This document shows, piece after piece, positions 31,961 to 41,361 of a stretch of 64,000 nt of DNA (position 1 is its first letter; every line of letters starts with the position of its first letter). The notes below the pieces were generated by a model that worked only from the letters and a program-made list of their open reading frames with translations, searched no databases and was not told the origin of the DNA. The translations under genes were made by a program, and so were the position numbers. Origin of the DNA: an uncultured delta proteobacterium (GTDB lineage: Bacteria; Desulfobacterota; Binatia; DP-6); NCBI GenBank assembly GCA_963815115.1, contig CAWFFN010000007.1, positions 160,001 through 224,000 on the forward strand, written 5' to 3'.

Positions 31961-32557
31961 ATGCAGGTGAAGCAGGCACCGCTGTCGCTGGTGGAGCGCT
32001 TCTATCTCCCGGAGGTGATGCGCGGCGTCGCCGTCACCACGGGTCACTTCGTGCGCAACATGGCCCTGCACACGCTGCATCTCTTCGGGCTGGCGCGGAC
32101 GCGCGCGGCGATGGTCACGGTCCAGTACCCCGAGCAGCGCAAGACCTACTCGGAAGGCTACCGGGGAGCGCACCGGCTGACCCTCAAGCCCGACGGCTCG
32201 GTGCGCTGCACGTCGTGCTTCCTGTGTGCCACCGCCTGCCCGGCGAAGTGCATCCACATCGAGGCCGGGGAGCACCCCAGTCCAGAGGTCGAGAAGTTCC
32301 CCGTGCGCTACGAGATCGACACCTTGCAGTGCATCTACTGCGGGATGTGCGTCGAGGCGTGCCCGTGCGATGCGATCCGGATGGACACCTTCGTGCACCC
32401 GCGTATCTGGGGATACCAGCGCGAGGATTTCGTCGAGACCAAGCAGGTGCTGATGGAGCGCTCGCACATCCTCGAAACGCGGGGCCGGGAAGCGCTCATG
32501 GACGACATGCTCGGCGGCTATCGCGAGGATGAGTCGCTCGCGGCGGAGGGCCGGTGA
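31961..32557 (+). CDS. nuoI: NADH-quinone oxidoreductase subunit I-like 2x[4Fe-4S] protein
   Basis: TVQYPE, YRGAHRL, CTSCFLCATACP, CIYCGMCVEACP. Confidence 0.85.
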   Translation: MQVKQAPLSLVERFYLPEVMRGVAVTTGHFVRNMALHTLHLFGLARTRAAMVTVQYPEQRKTYSEGYRGAHRLTLKPDGSVRCTSCFLCATACPAKCIHIEAGEHPSPEVEKFPVRYEIDTLQCIYCGMCVEACPCDAIRMDTFVHPRIWGYQREDFVETKQVLMERSHILETRGREALMDDMLGGYREDESLAAEGR

Positions 32558-32778
32558 TCCTGCTCGCGCTCTGGCGGCGGGGCCTGCTGCGGCGAGCCGA
32601 CCGGGAGAAGATCGAGCTCTTCCTCGGCCGCGCGCGCGACCCGCTCCAGCTCTCCCGGCGCTACCCCCTGTGGCGCAGCCTGGGGCTCTTCCGGCTCCTC
32701 GTCTCGCCGGCGTACGCGGCCGGCGTTGCGCGCTGGCTCGAGTACCGCATGAACCTCTTTGACGGCATCGAGGGATGA
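32554..32778 (+). CDS. small hypothetical protein (74 aa)
   Basis: 4-nt start/stop overlaps with both neighbours; coding-like GC3. Confidence 0.6.
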   Translation: MILLALWRRGLLRRADREKIELFLGRARDPLQLSRRYPLWRSLGLFRLLVSPAYAAGVARWLEYRMNLFDGIEG

Positions 32779-33977
32779 CGATGGCGAAGACGTATCAGCA
32801 GATCATGACGGAGGCGAAGCAGATCGTCCCGGAGATCTCGCCCGACGAGGTCAAGACACGCCTCGCCAGCGCGAAGAAGCCGGTCGTGCTCGACGTGCGC
32901 GAGCGCGAGGAGGTTCGCCAGGGCTACGTACCCGGTGCGCTGGCGATCCCGCGTGGCTTCTTGGAGATGCGTGTCGAGGAGTCGCTGCCGGACAAGAGCA
33001 CGCCGATCGTGGCCTACTGCGCCGGCGGCACGCGCTCGCTGCTCGCGGGCCGCATCCTGAAGGAGCTCGGCTACCAGGACGTGGCGTCCATGCGCGGCGG
33101 CTTCACGGCGTGGAAGAACCAGGGGCTTCCGGTCACCGAGGACCGGCAGTTCACCGCCGAGCAGCAGATCCGCTACAGCCGCCACTTCCTGCTTCCGGAG
33201 GTGGGCGAGGCGGGCCAGGCGAAGCTGCTCGACGCCAAGGTGCTGTGCATCGGCGCCGGCGGGCTCGGCTCGCCGGCGGCGTTCTACCTGGCCGCCGCCG
33301 GCGTCGGGACCATCGGCATCGTCGACATGGACGTGGTCGATCTCTCCAACCTGCAGCGCCAGATCCTGCACACCAACGATCGAATCGGCATGCCGAAGGC
33401 GGAGTCGGCCCGTCTCACGCTCCAGGCCCTCAACCCCGACGTCCGCGTGCTCGAGTTCCGCGAGCGCCTGTCGTCGGAGAACGCCTTCCGGCTCTTCGAG
33501 CAGTTCGACATCATCGTGAACGGCTGCGACAACTTCCCCACCCGCTACCTGGCGAACGACGCCTGCGTCATGCTGCACAAGCCGCTCGTCGACGGTGCCA
33601 TCTGGCAGTTCGAGGGCCAGGCGACGGTGTTCGATCCGCCGGAGGGTCCGTGCTACCGCTGCCTCTTCCCGGAGCCGCCGCCGCCCGGCGCGGTGCCGTC
33701 GTGCGCCGAGGCGGGCGTCCTCGGCGTGCTGCCGGGCATCGTGGGCTCCGTGCAGGCGCTCGAGGCGATCAAGCTGATCCTCGGCATCGGCAAGCCGTTG
33801 CTCGGGCGCATGATGCACTTCGACACGCTGGCGGGCGACGTCCGCTTCCTGAAGCTGCGGCGCGATCCCAAGTGCGTGGTGTGCGGCGAGAACCCGACGG
33901 TCAAGAAGCTGATCGACTACGAGGTGTTCTGCGGCCTCGCCGACCCGGGCCAGCCGGCGCGCCACCACGCGGCGTGA
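32775..33977 (+). CDS. moeB: rhodanese + ThiF/MoeB sulfur-carrier adenylyltransferase
   Basis: N-terminal rhodanese YCAGGTRS; RYSRH, GAGGLG, SNLQRQ, DNFPTRY, CYRC, CVVC. Confidence 0.9.
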   Translation: MTMAKTYQQIMTEAKQIVPEISPDEVKTRLASAKKPVVLDVREREEVRQGYVPGALAIPRGFLEMRVEESLPDKSTPIVAYCAGGTRSLLAGRILKELGYQDVASMRGGFTAWKNQGLPVTEDRQFTAEQQIRYSRHFLLPEVGEAGQAKLLDAKVLCIGAGGLGSPAAFYLAAAGVGTIGIVDMDVVDLSNLQRQILHTNDRIGMPKAESARLTLQALNPDVRVLEFRERLSSENAFRLFEQFDIIVNGCDNFPTRYLANDACVMLHKPLVDGAIWQFEGQATVFDPPEGPCYRCLFPEPPPPGAVPSCAEAGVLGVLPGIVGSVQALEAIKLILGIGKPLLGRMMHFDTLAGDVRFLKLRRDPKCVVCGENPTVKKLIDYEVFCGLADPGQPARHHAA

Positions 33978-34003
33978 GCCTCGGCCGCGGCTGAGACCGA
34001 GCG

Positions 34004-35347
34004 CTACGCCTCCGCGGGCTCGATGTTCTGATTGAGCCGGAAGAGGTTGGTCGGGTCGTAGGCTCGCTTGACGACGCGCAGCCGCTCGTACGCCGATCCG
34101 TATGCCGCCCGCACGCGGGCATCCTCGCCGTCCGCCAGGTAGTTCGAGTACACACCGCTCCCGAAGTACGGCGCCATGGCATCGGAGAAGCCGCGTGCCC
34201 ACGCCCCCGATGCGTCGGCGTGTTCCGGCTCCATCCAGATCGCGAGGGCCGCGAAGTTGTACGCCTCGGCCCGGTGGCTGAACGCGGCATCCCGGGCCCG
34301 CGTCGCGGCGCCGTGGAAGTGTTCCACGAAGAACGCCCCGAGCATGGGCGGCACGGCGGCGCCGTAGTCCACCATCGCCCCGATGGCGTCGTCGCCGAGC
34401 CCGCGCAGGAAGCTGCTGCGAGCATACGCCGCGGTGCGAATCGGTGGCGGGCTCAGGAGCTGCTGCATCTCGAGGTAGGGCATCGTCCGGAGATCGACGG
34501 TGTGGGGGCTGCCGAAGGTGGCGAGGGGTGCGAGGGCGGTCTCACCCCGCGCCGGATCGCCGCACCAGCACGCCGCGACCGAGAAGGCCGGACCGGCGGC
34601 GAGGGGGAGGACCCCCGCGAAGGCGGTGAGCTCGTCGGGCGCTTCCGAGGTGAACTCGCGATAGGCGCGAAGGACCTGGGCGGCCTCCGGGAACGGATAG
34701 CTGACGAAGCCGCCGTGGACGGTCGCGATCGGGTGGAGGCGGAACTCGAAGCCGGTGACGACGCCGAAGTTGCCGCCGCCGCCGCGCAGTCCCCACAGCA
34801 GATCGGGATGCTCCTCGCCGGACGCCCGCAGCAGCCGGCCGTCCGCGGTGACCACGTCGGCGCCGAGCAGGTTGTCGCAGGCCAGTCCGTACTTCCCCAT
34901 GAGCCAGCCGAGCCCGCCGCCGAGGGTGAGGCCGGCGACCCCGGTCGGCGGCGCCGTGCCCATCGGGGTGGCGAGGCCGTGGAGGTGCGTCGCCTGGTCG
35001 AGATCCCCGAGGGTGCAGCCGGCACCCACCTGGACGACTCGCCGCACCGGGTCGACCACCACGTCCCGCATCGGAGAGCAGTCGATCACGAGGCCGCCGT
35101 CGCAGGTCGCGTGACCCGAGAAGCCGTGGCCGCCTCCGCGGACCGCGATCGAGAGGTCGTGGCTGCGCGCGAACTCGATCGCACGCTGCACGTCGCCGGG
35201 ATCCGCGCAGCGCACGACGGCCGCCGGTCGCCGATCGATGCCCGCGTTCCACACGGCACGCGCGTCGTCGTAGCCGGCGTCTTCGGGGAGGACGACGTGC
35301 CCCCCGAGCGAGGCGGCGAACCGTCGAACCGTCGCGTCGTCGAGCAT
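34004..35347 (-). CDS. FAD-binding oxidoreductase (berberine bridge-like)
   Basis: RGGGH, GLTLGGG, GGGGNFGVVT, YSNY, YDPTNLFRLNQNI. Confidence 0.92.
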   Translation of the reverse strand: MLDDATVRRFAASLGGHVVLPEDAGYDDARAVWNAGIDRRPAAVVRCADPGDVQRAIEFARSHDLSIAVRGGGHGFSGHATCDGGLVIDCSPMRDVVVDPVRRVVQVGAGCTLGDLDQATHLHGLATPMGTAPPTGVAGLTLGGGLGWLMGKYGLACDNLLGADVVTADGRLLRASGEEHPDLLWGLRGGGGNFGVVTGFEFRLHPIATVHGGFVSYPFPEAAQVLRAYREFTSEAPDELTAFAGVLPLAAGPAFSVAACWCGDPARGETALAPLATFGSPHTVDLRTMPYLEMQQLLSPPPIRTAAYARSSFLRGLGDDAIGAMVDYGAAVPPMLGAFFVEHFHGAATRARDAAFSHRAEAYNFAALAIWMEPEHADASGAWARGFSDAMAPYFGSGVYSNYLADGEDARVRAAYGSAYERLRVVKRAYDPTNLFRLNQNIEPAEA

Positions 35348-35409
35348 GTCGTCTCATCCCGCACTCGCGAAGACGGGTCAAATCTTCGACCGTGGACGGC
35401 GACACTCGG

Positions 35410-35952
35410 TCAACCGGCCTTGATGAACGTCGCGGCGTGGGTGCCGGCGACCGCGTACTTCCGCTCGAACTTGGAGAGCGGCCGCATCGGCGGCGCCGTG
35501 CCGGGCGTCAGACCGGCGGCGGCGAGCTGCCGGCTCATGCGCTCGTGCAGCAATGGCAGGTCGGTCGCGATGTGCACCAGACCTCCCGGGACGAGCGCGC
35601 GGGCCATCGCGCGGGCGAGCTGCGCATCGTCGAAGAGGCGACGGTGCCGGTGGCGCGTCTTCGGCCAGGGGTCCGGGAAGTAGACGTGGAAGGCTGCCAC
35701 CGACCCCGGGGGAACGAGCCGGCCGACGATGCACCGGGCATCGCCCGCGACCACACGGACGTTCGACAGCCGGCGCCCCACGGCCCGGGCGTCGAGGGCG
35801 CCGGCCAGGCCGACCGAGTGCTCGACGGCGAAGAAGTTGATGTCCCGCCGGGTGGCGGCGAAGGCGAGCAGCACCTCGCCGCGTCCCGGACCGATCTCGA
35901 TCTCGACCGCACGGGCGTTGCCGAACACGCCCAGCCAGAGGTCGGTCTCCAC
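35410..35952 (-). CDS. trmB: tRNA (guanine-N7)-methyltransferase
   Basis: EIGPGRG, FPDPWPKTRHRHRRL, ATD, SKFE. Confidence 0.88.
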   Translation of the reverse strand: METDLWLGVFGNARAVEIEIGPGRGEVLLAFAATRRDINFFAVEHSVGLAGALDARAVGRRLSNVRVVAGDARCIVGRLVPPGSVAAFHVYFPDPWPKTRHRHRRLFDDAQLARAMARALVPGGLVHIATDLPLLHERMSRQLAAAGLTPGTAPPMRPLSKFERKYAVAGTHAATFIKAG

Positions 35953-35963
35953 GAGCCATGCCC

Positions 35964-37730
35964 TCAGCGGCGGACCCCGGCCCGGCTCGATGCCGGCGTC
36001 CGAGGGCGCACGTTCCCGCCCTTCAGGCCGGCCAGGAACTGGGGGAGCGGCCTGGTGTTCAGCACGTCCGCCGCGGCCACCCAGCCGCGGCGGGCCTGGT
36101 CGATGCCGTAGCGCTCGCCGAACGCGAGCTGCGCGACGCTGTGCGCGTCGGAGTCGATGACCAGCTTGATGCCCGCCGCGACCGCCCGGCGGAGATGCTC
36201 GTCGCGCAGGTCGAGCCGCTCCGGGTAGGCGTCCAGCTCGAGCACGGTGCCGGTCTCGTGCGCCGTGGCGATGATCGCGTCGAGGTCGACGTCGTACGGC
36301 TCGCGCTTCTGGAGGATTCGCCCGGTGGGGTGGAAGAGGATGTCCGCGTTCGGATTCCGCATGGCGCGCAGGATGCGCGCCGTCTGCTCCGCGCGCGGGA
36401 GATGGAAGTGCGAATGGACGGCGATGCCGACGACGTCGAGTGCCGCCAGGGTCTCGTCGTCGATGTCGAGCGTGCCGTCCCGGGTGATGTTCACCTCGGC
36501 GCCGGCGAGTATCCGGATGCCGTCGAGGCCCTCATTCAGACGCGCGATCTCGCGCATCTGGCGCCGGAGCTTGGCGGCATCGGAGCCGCCGGTCATGGCG
36601 AGGCTGACGGTGTGATCGGTGATGGCGATGTACTCCATGCCGAGGTCACGCGCGCCTCGCGCCATCGCCTCGAGTGAATCGGCACCGTCGGTCCAGTCGG
36701 TCTGCGTCTGCAGGTCGCCGTGCAGCGTGCCGTGCTCGATGAGCTGCGGCAGGCGGCCGGCGAGCGCGGCCTGGATCTCGCCCTGATCCTCACGCAGCTC
36801 GGGCGGCACGAACGGGAGCCCGAGACGCTCGTAGACCTCGCGCTCGGTCCGTCCGGCCACCCGGCGCGTCCCGCGGAAGAGACCGTACTCGTTCAGCTTG
36901 AGGCCCTGCTGGATGGCGAGCTGGCGGAGGCCGACGTTGTGCGCCTTGCTCCCCGTGAAGTAGAGCAGGGCGGCGCCGAGGCTCTCGGCGAGGACGACCC
37001 GGAGGTCGACCTGGAACCCCGAGCGCAGCCGGACGCTGGAGCGCGTGCCGCCCCTGCCGAGGACGCGCTCGACCTCGGGCAAGCCGACGAAGGCGTCCAT
37101 CACCGCGGCGGGACGGCGCGCGACCGCGAGCAGATCGGCGTCCCCGATGGTCTCGCGGCGACGACGGATCGATCCGGCGATGACCAGCTGCGCGACACCG
37201 GGTACCGCCGCGAGGCGGCGGGCGAGGTCATCGACCACCGGCAGCACGGCAGACAGCGGATGCCGACCGGCGGCGGCCGCTCCGGACAGCGCCCGCAGGA
37301 TGTTCTGCTCGCTGCGCTCGCCGAAGTGGGACAGGGCCCGGACCTTGCCGGCGCGGGCGGCGGCTGCCAGATCGTCCACGGTTCGCACGCCGAGCGTCTC
37401 GTAGAGCGTGCGGACCGCCTTGGGTCCGATGCCCTCGAGCGCGGTGAGCCCTGCGATGTCGACCGGGAGGCGCTGGCGGTACTCCTCGTGGAGTGCGCAC
37501 CGCCCGGTGGTGAGCAGCTCCTCGAGCTTCTGCGCCATCGAGGCTCCGATGCCGGGGATGGCGCGCAGGACTTTCGGGCCGCGTTCGCGGAGGACGTCGG
37601 CGAGCGGACGGTCCTGTGACTCGATCGCCTGCGCCGCCTTCTCGTATGCCCGAGGCTTGAACTGGATGCCGTCCATCTCGAGGTAGGCGGCGAGGTCGCG
37701 GAAGACACGAGCCAGTCGGACGTTCTCCAT
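35964..37730 (-). CDS. polX: DNA polymerase X with PHP domain
   Basis: HhH IPGIG, GSIRR, GDADLL, QVDLR, YFTGSK; PHP ITDH, DSDAH. Confidence 0.93.
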   Translation of the reverse strand: MENVRLARVFRDLAAYLEMDGIQFKPRAYEKAAQAIESQDRPLADVLRERGPKVLRAIPGIGASMAQKLEELLTTGRCALHEEYRQRLPVDIAGLTALEGIGPKAVRTLYETLGVRTVDDLAAAARAGKVRALSHFGERSEQNILRALSGAAAAGRHPLSAVLPVVDDLARRLAAVPGVAQLVIAGSIRRRRETIGDADLLAVARRPAAVMDAFVGLPEVERVLGRGGTRSSVRLRSGFQVDLRVVLAESLGAALLYFTGSKAHNVGLRQLAIQQGLKLNEYGLFRGTRRVAGRTEREVYERLGLPFVPPELREDQGEIQAALAGRLPQLIEHGTLHGDLQTQTDWTDGADSLEAMARGARDLGMEYIAITDHTVSLAMTGGSDAAKLRRQMREIARLNEGLDGIRILAGAEVNITRDGTLDIDDETLAALDVVGIAVHSHFHLPRAEQTARILRAMRNPNADILFHPTGRILQKREPYDVDLDAIIATAHETGTVLELDAYPERLDLRDEHLRRAVAAGIKLVIDSDAHSVAQLAFGERYGIDQARRGWVAAADVLNTRPLPQFLAGLKGGNVRPRTPASSRAGVRR

Positions 37731-37757
37731 CGCAGCGAGCGGGCGGGACGCGATCCC

Positions 37758-38672
37758 CTAGCCGAGGAACTCGAGGAGCCAGCGGTTCACCAGCTCGGGC
37801 TGCTCCTGCTGCACCCAGTGACCGGAGTCGGCGATGTAGCGCACCTCGAAGGGGCCGCTGAAGAGCGGCTCCATGCCGACGGTCAGCTCCTTCCCCAGCG
37901 CGACGTCCTGCTCGCCCCAGACGAGGAGCGTGGGAGCCGCGATGGTCGGCCAGTCGGCGAGGGCACGCCGCGGCGGCGCCATCGGTCGTTCGCCGTAGAG
38001 GAAGTGGCGGGCGGGCTCGGGCAGGTTGGCGGGATCGCGGAAGGCGGCACGATAGTAGTTGATCGCGCTGTGGAGCGCCCCCGAGTGCATCGCCGCATCG
38101 CGCAGCCGCCGCAGGTCGTCCTCGCTGATCGCGTCGGTGCGCACGGTCGAGCGCCGGATGGCGCGGCCGATCGCCCGGGCGTGCCCGAGGCGGAGGAGGA
38201 ACTCGGGGAGCCAGGGAATCTGGAAGAAGAACATGTACCAGCTACGCGCGAGCTGGCGCGGACTGCCCCGCAGGTGCTGCACCATCATCGCGGGATGCGG
38301 GCAGTTCAGGACGGCGAGCTTGCGGACCACCGCCGGCCGCTCCATGGCGACGGACCAGGCGACCGCGCCGCCCCAGTCGTGCCCGACGATCGCCGCGTCG
38401 CGCTCGCCCAGGGCGTGGATCAGGCCTTCCACGTCGGCGATCAGCTCGGGCATGGCGTAGGCCGCCACGCCGGCAGGCTTCTCGCTCTCGTTGTAGCCGC
38501 GCAGATCCGGTGCCACGACCCGGAAGCGCGTCGCCAGCGCCGGAATCTGGTGGCGCCACGAGTACCAGAACTCGGGAAAGCCGTGGAGCAGGATCACGAG
38601 CGGTCCGTCACCGTCGACGACGCAGTGCAGGCGCACGCCGTTCGTGCGTATCTGTCGGTGCTGGAGGGGCAT
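37758..38672 (-). CDS. epoxide hydrolase-like alpha/beta hydrolase
   Basis: LHGFPE, GHDWGG, NYYRA, GHWVQQE. Confidence 0.9.
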   Translation of the reverse strand: MPLQHRQIRTNGVRLHCVVDGDGPLVILLHGFPEFWYSWRHQIPALATRFRVVAPDLRGYNESEKPAGVAAYAMPELIADVEGLIHALGERDAAIVGHDWGGAVAWSVAMERPAVVRKLAVLNCPHPAMMVQHLRGSPRQLARSWYMFFFQIPWLPEFLLRLGHARAIGRAIRRSTVRTDAISEDDLRRLRDAAMHSGALHSAINYYRAAFRDPANLPEPARHFLYGERPMAPPRRALADWPTIAAPTLLVWGEQDVALGKELTVGMEPLFSGPFEVRYIADSGHWVQQEQPELVNRWLLEFLG

Positions 38673-38736
38673 GGGGGCTCGATAGGAAGCGGGTCGCGGC
38701 CTGTCAAACGGTTGCGGGCTGGGCTATGAGCCCGAC

Positions 38737-39510
38737 ATGGCCTTCGAGTTCATCCGCTACGAGACCCACGATCACGTCGCCCGCGTCACCATCGACCGAC
38801 CGCAGGTCATGAACGCCCTGCACCCGGCAGCGAACGACGAGCTGGCCAGGGCGTGGGACGACTTCGCGGCCGACCCCGAGGCGTGGGTGGCCATCCTCAC
38901 CGGCGCGGGCGAGAAAGCGTTCTCCGCGGGGAACGATCTCAAGTGGACGGCGGAGCACGGCATGCCGCGCATGCCGGCGACCGGATTCGGCGGCATCACG
39001 GCGCGCTTCGATCTCTGGAAGCCGGTCATCGCCGCCGTGAACGGCTTCGCCCTCGGCGGCGGGCTCGAGATCGCCCTGGCGTGCGACGTCATCGTCGCCG
39101 CCGAGCACGCCACGCTCGGCCTGCCCGAGCCGCGCGTCGGGCTGATGGCGGCGGCCGGCGGCGTCCACCGGCTGCCCCGGCACATCCCCCTCAAGGTGGC
39201 CATGGGCATGATGCTCACCGGGAAGCCCATCACGGCCCCGGAGGCGCTCCGGCTCGGGCTCGTCAACGAGGTGGTCCCATCGGCGAAGCTCATGGAGGTG
39301 GCCGAGCGCTGGGCGCGCGAGATCGCCGAGTGCTCGCCGCTGTGCGTGCAGGCGACGAAACAGGCCGCGCTCCAGGGTCTGGGCAAGCCCCTGCAGGAGG
39401 CGCTCACGACGGCGTACGAAGCAGTGGGACGCCTGTGGGCCAGCGAGGACTCGAAGGAAGGACCGCTCGCCTTCGCCCAGAAGCGCAAGCCTCGCTGGAC
39501 AGGGGCCTAG
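38737..39510 (+). CDS. enoyl-CoA hydratase/isomerase (CaiD-like)
   Basis: AFSAGNDLK, AVNGFALGGGLEIALACD, PEPRVG. Confidence 0.9.
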   Translation: MAFEFIRYETHDHVARVTIDRPQVMNALHPAANDELARAWDDFAADPEAWVAILTGAGEKAFSAGNDLKWTAEHGMPRMPATGFGGITARFDLWKPVIAAVNGFALGGGLEIALACDVIVAAEHATLGLPEPRVGLMAAAGGVHRLPRHIPLKVAMGMMLTGKPITAPEALRLGLVNEVVPSAKLMEVAERWAREIAECSPLCVQATKQAALQGLGKPLQEALTTAYEAVGRLWASEDSKEGPLAFAQKRKPRWTGA

Positions 39511-39805
39511 CAGAGCGACCCGAGACTCCGTCTCGGGTCGAGAGTGAAGGCGAACGTGTGGCGTTCGGTGGATTGGGCGGACGCCGTGCCGCGGCCGGCG
39601 AAGCCGGCGCGGCAAAACGTGACACGCCCGACGTTCCAGCCCAATCCGTCGTGTGCCCCCCGCACCGTGCCGTCTTGGCTATCCGGTCGTGCTCCGGTCG
39701 CTCTGCTGCGGCGGCTTCGCCGCCCGCGGCATGACGGCCGCAGTGTTCATCACGTCTCACCCTCGCTTTCCGTCTCGACCCGAGACGGAGTCTCGGGTCG
39801 CGCTC
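39511..39805. repeat. two inverted copies of an approximately 105-nt two-hairpin REP/BIME-like unit
   Basis: hairpin CGACCCGAGAC-TCC-GTCTCGGGTCG at 39516-39540 and its reverse complement at 39776-39800; second hairpin GGC-GAA-GCC at 39587-39614 and 39704-39731. Confidence 0.85.
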
Positions 39806-40375
39806 CTACTCGCCCTTGGCGCGCGACAGGTACGCCCCCGTCTCCGTGTCGACGCGGATCAGGTCGCCCTCGTTGACGAAGTTGGGCACCTGGACGATGA
39901 GGCCGGTCTCGAGGGTGGCGGGCTTGAGGGCGTTGGTGACCGTGGCGCTCTTGAGCCCCGGGGCGGTCTCGACGATCTTCAGATCGACGGTCTTCGGCAG
40001 GCTCACGCCGATCGGAGTGGTGTCGAAGAACTCGATCTGGATGCGCGAGTTCGGCGTGAGGTAGTTGACCGCGTCGCCCAGCGCCTCGCGGTCGAGCGCG
40101 ATCTGGTCGTAGGTCTCGGTGTTCATGAAGTGGTAGTGCCCGTCCTCGTAGAGGAATTCCATCTCCTGCTGGTCGAGGGTGGCGCGATCGACGCGATCCT
40201 CCGAGCGGAAGCGGTGCTCGGTCTGGGTGCCGGTCTTCAGGTTGCGCAGCTTGCTCTGCACCATGCCGCGCCAGTTGCCCGGCGTGACGTGTGTGATGCT
40301 CATGACGCGCCAGAGCGCGTTCTCGTGCTGAATGGTCATGCCCGCGCGGAGCTGCGTGGCGGGAATCAACGGCAT
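39806..40375 (-). CDS. efp: elongation factor P (Asn at position 34)
   Basis: HVTPGNWRG, FMNTETYDQ, KPATLETG, VPNFV...DT. Confidence 0.93.
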   Translation of the reverse strand: MPLIPATQLRAGMTIQHENALWRVMSITHVTPGNWRGMVQSKLRNLKTGTQTEHRFRSEDRVDRATLDQQEMEFLYEDGHYHFMNTETYDQIALDREALGDAVNYLTPNSRIQIEFFDTTPIGVSLPKTVDLKIVETAPGLKSATVTNALKPATLETGLIVQVPNFVNEGDLIRVDTETGAYLSRAKGE

Positions 40376-40438
40376 CGGGAAATCCTCCGGGGGGAATTGC
40401 GGTGAGCCGAGCTTCCTAGCACCGGCGAGCGCCGGGAT

Positions 40439-40762
40439 TCAACCCGGCTTGGGTGCCATCATCACGAGCAGCACCAGCCGTTCCGGCCCCGGGTTGTGCA
40501 CGCCGTGGTCCTCGCCGGCGGGCGCACACACGAGGTCGCCGGGTGCGACCGGGCGCTCCTCGCCGCCCACTCGGATGCGACCGGCGCCGGAGAGCACGTA
40601 GTAGAGCTTGTCGCCGACGGCGTGCTTGTGCCCGGCTTGCTCCTGGCCGGGCTCGAAGCAGTAGACGTCGCAGAAGAGGCTCGCGGTGTCGACGAGGCCG
40701 ACCTTCTTCATCTTCTCGGCGGCGAACGCGAGACGGTCGGGGACGCGGATGAAGCGCTCCAT
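40439..40762 (-). CDS. cupin domain protein
   Basis: FEPGQEQAGHKH, YVLSG, PAGEDHGV; GGAGG SD. Confidence 0.85.
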   Translation of the reverse strand: MERFIRVPDRLAFAAEKMKKVGLVDTASLFCDVYCFEPGQEQAGHKHAVGDKLYYVLSGAGRIRVGGEERPVAPGDLVCAPAGEDHGVHNPGPERLVLLVMMAPKPG

Positions 40763-40803
40763 CGTGTCGTCCTCCCAAGGCGGCGCCGCCGACGCAAGCC
40801 CGC

Positions 40804-41283
40804 TCAGCGGCCGAGGCCGAGACCGACCCAGGTCGTCCACACGGCCAGCGCGATCGCCAGCCATCCGCCGGCAGCCAGGCGCTTCAGCATCGACCGCTGG
40901 AGGTCGGGCTCGACCGGCAGGCCGCCGAGCTCCGCGCGCACGAGGCGGTGGGCCAGCCCGAACGACAGCCACGTGCCGACCATGGTGAGGAGGAAGGTCA
41001 GGGTCAGCTTGCCAGCGAGTGGCCAGACCAGGCGCGCGTACGCCGGACCGAGCGCCTGCTTCCACTCGGTGAGCGACGACGCACCCGACAGGATGAGGAC
41101 GCCGAGGGCGCCGACGCTGAGGACGTTGTACGGCCGCAGTCCGCGCGCGAGGACCCGGCGCTGCAACGCCGGGTCCTCGCCCAGGATGCGCGTGGCGGGC
41201 AGGAACACGACCACCAGAGCGAGGGTGCTTCCCAGGTAGGTAGCGAGCGCGAGAATGTGGAGGAGGCGGGCGAGGAAATTCAT
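40804..41283 (-). CDS. four-TM hypothetical membrane protein (CopD-like)
   Basis: LHILALATYLG, four hydrophobic segments. Confidence 0.65.
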   Translation of the reverse strand: MNFLARLLHILALATYLGSTLALVVVFLPATRILGEDPALQRRVLARGLRPYNVLSVGALGVLILSGASSLTEWKQALGPAYARLVWPLAGKLTLTFLLTMVGTWLSFGLAHRLVRAELGGLPVEPDLQRSMLKRLAAGGWLAIALAVWTTWVGLGLGR

Positions 41284-41361
41284 GGCAGGCGGGTAGCGTG
41301 CGCGTTCGCGCCCTGCAAACCCGACTTTGACACGCGGATGCTCCAGGGCTACTTGAGCGAC

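Noticed and set aside
35964-37730. PolX as an inactive variant or phage marker
   Set aside because: The catalytic Asp triad (GDAD, VDLR) is intact and no phage genes are nearby; an ordinary PolX-PHP.
39511-39805. CRISPR array or IS/MITE interpretation of the repeats
   Set aside because: Only two inverted units, no spacer series, no cas or transposase gene, and no clear target-site duplication; kept as a REP-like repeat.
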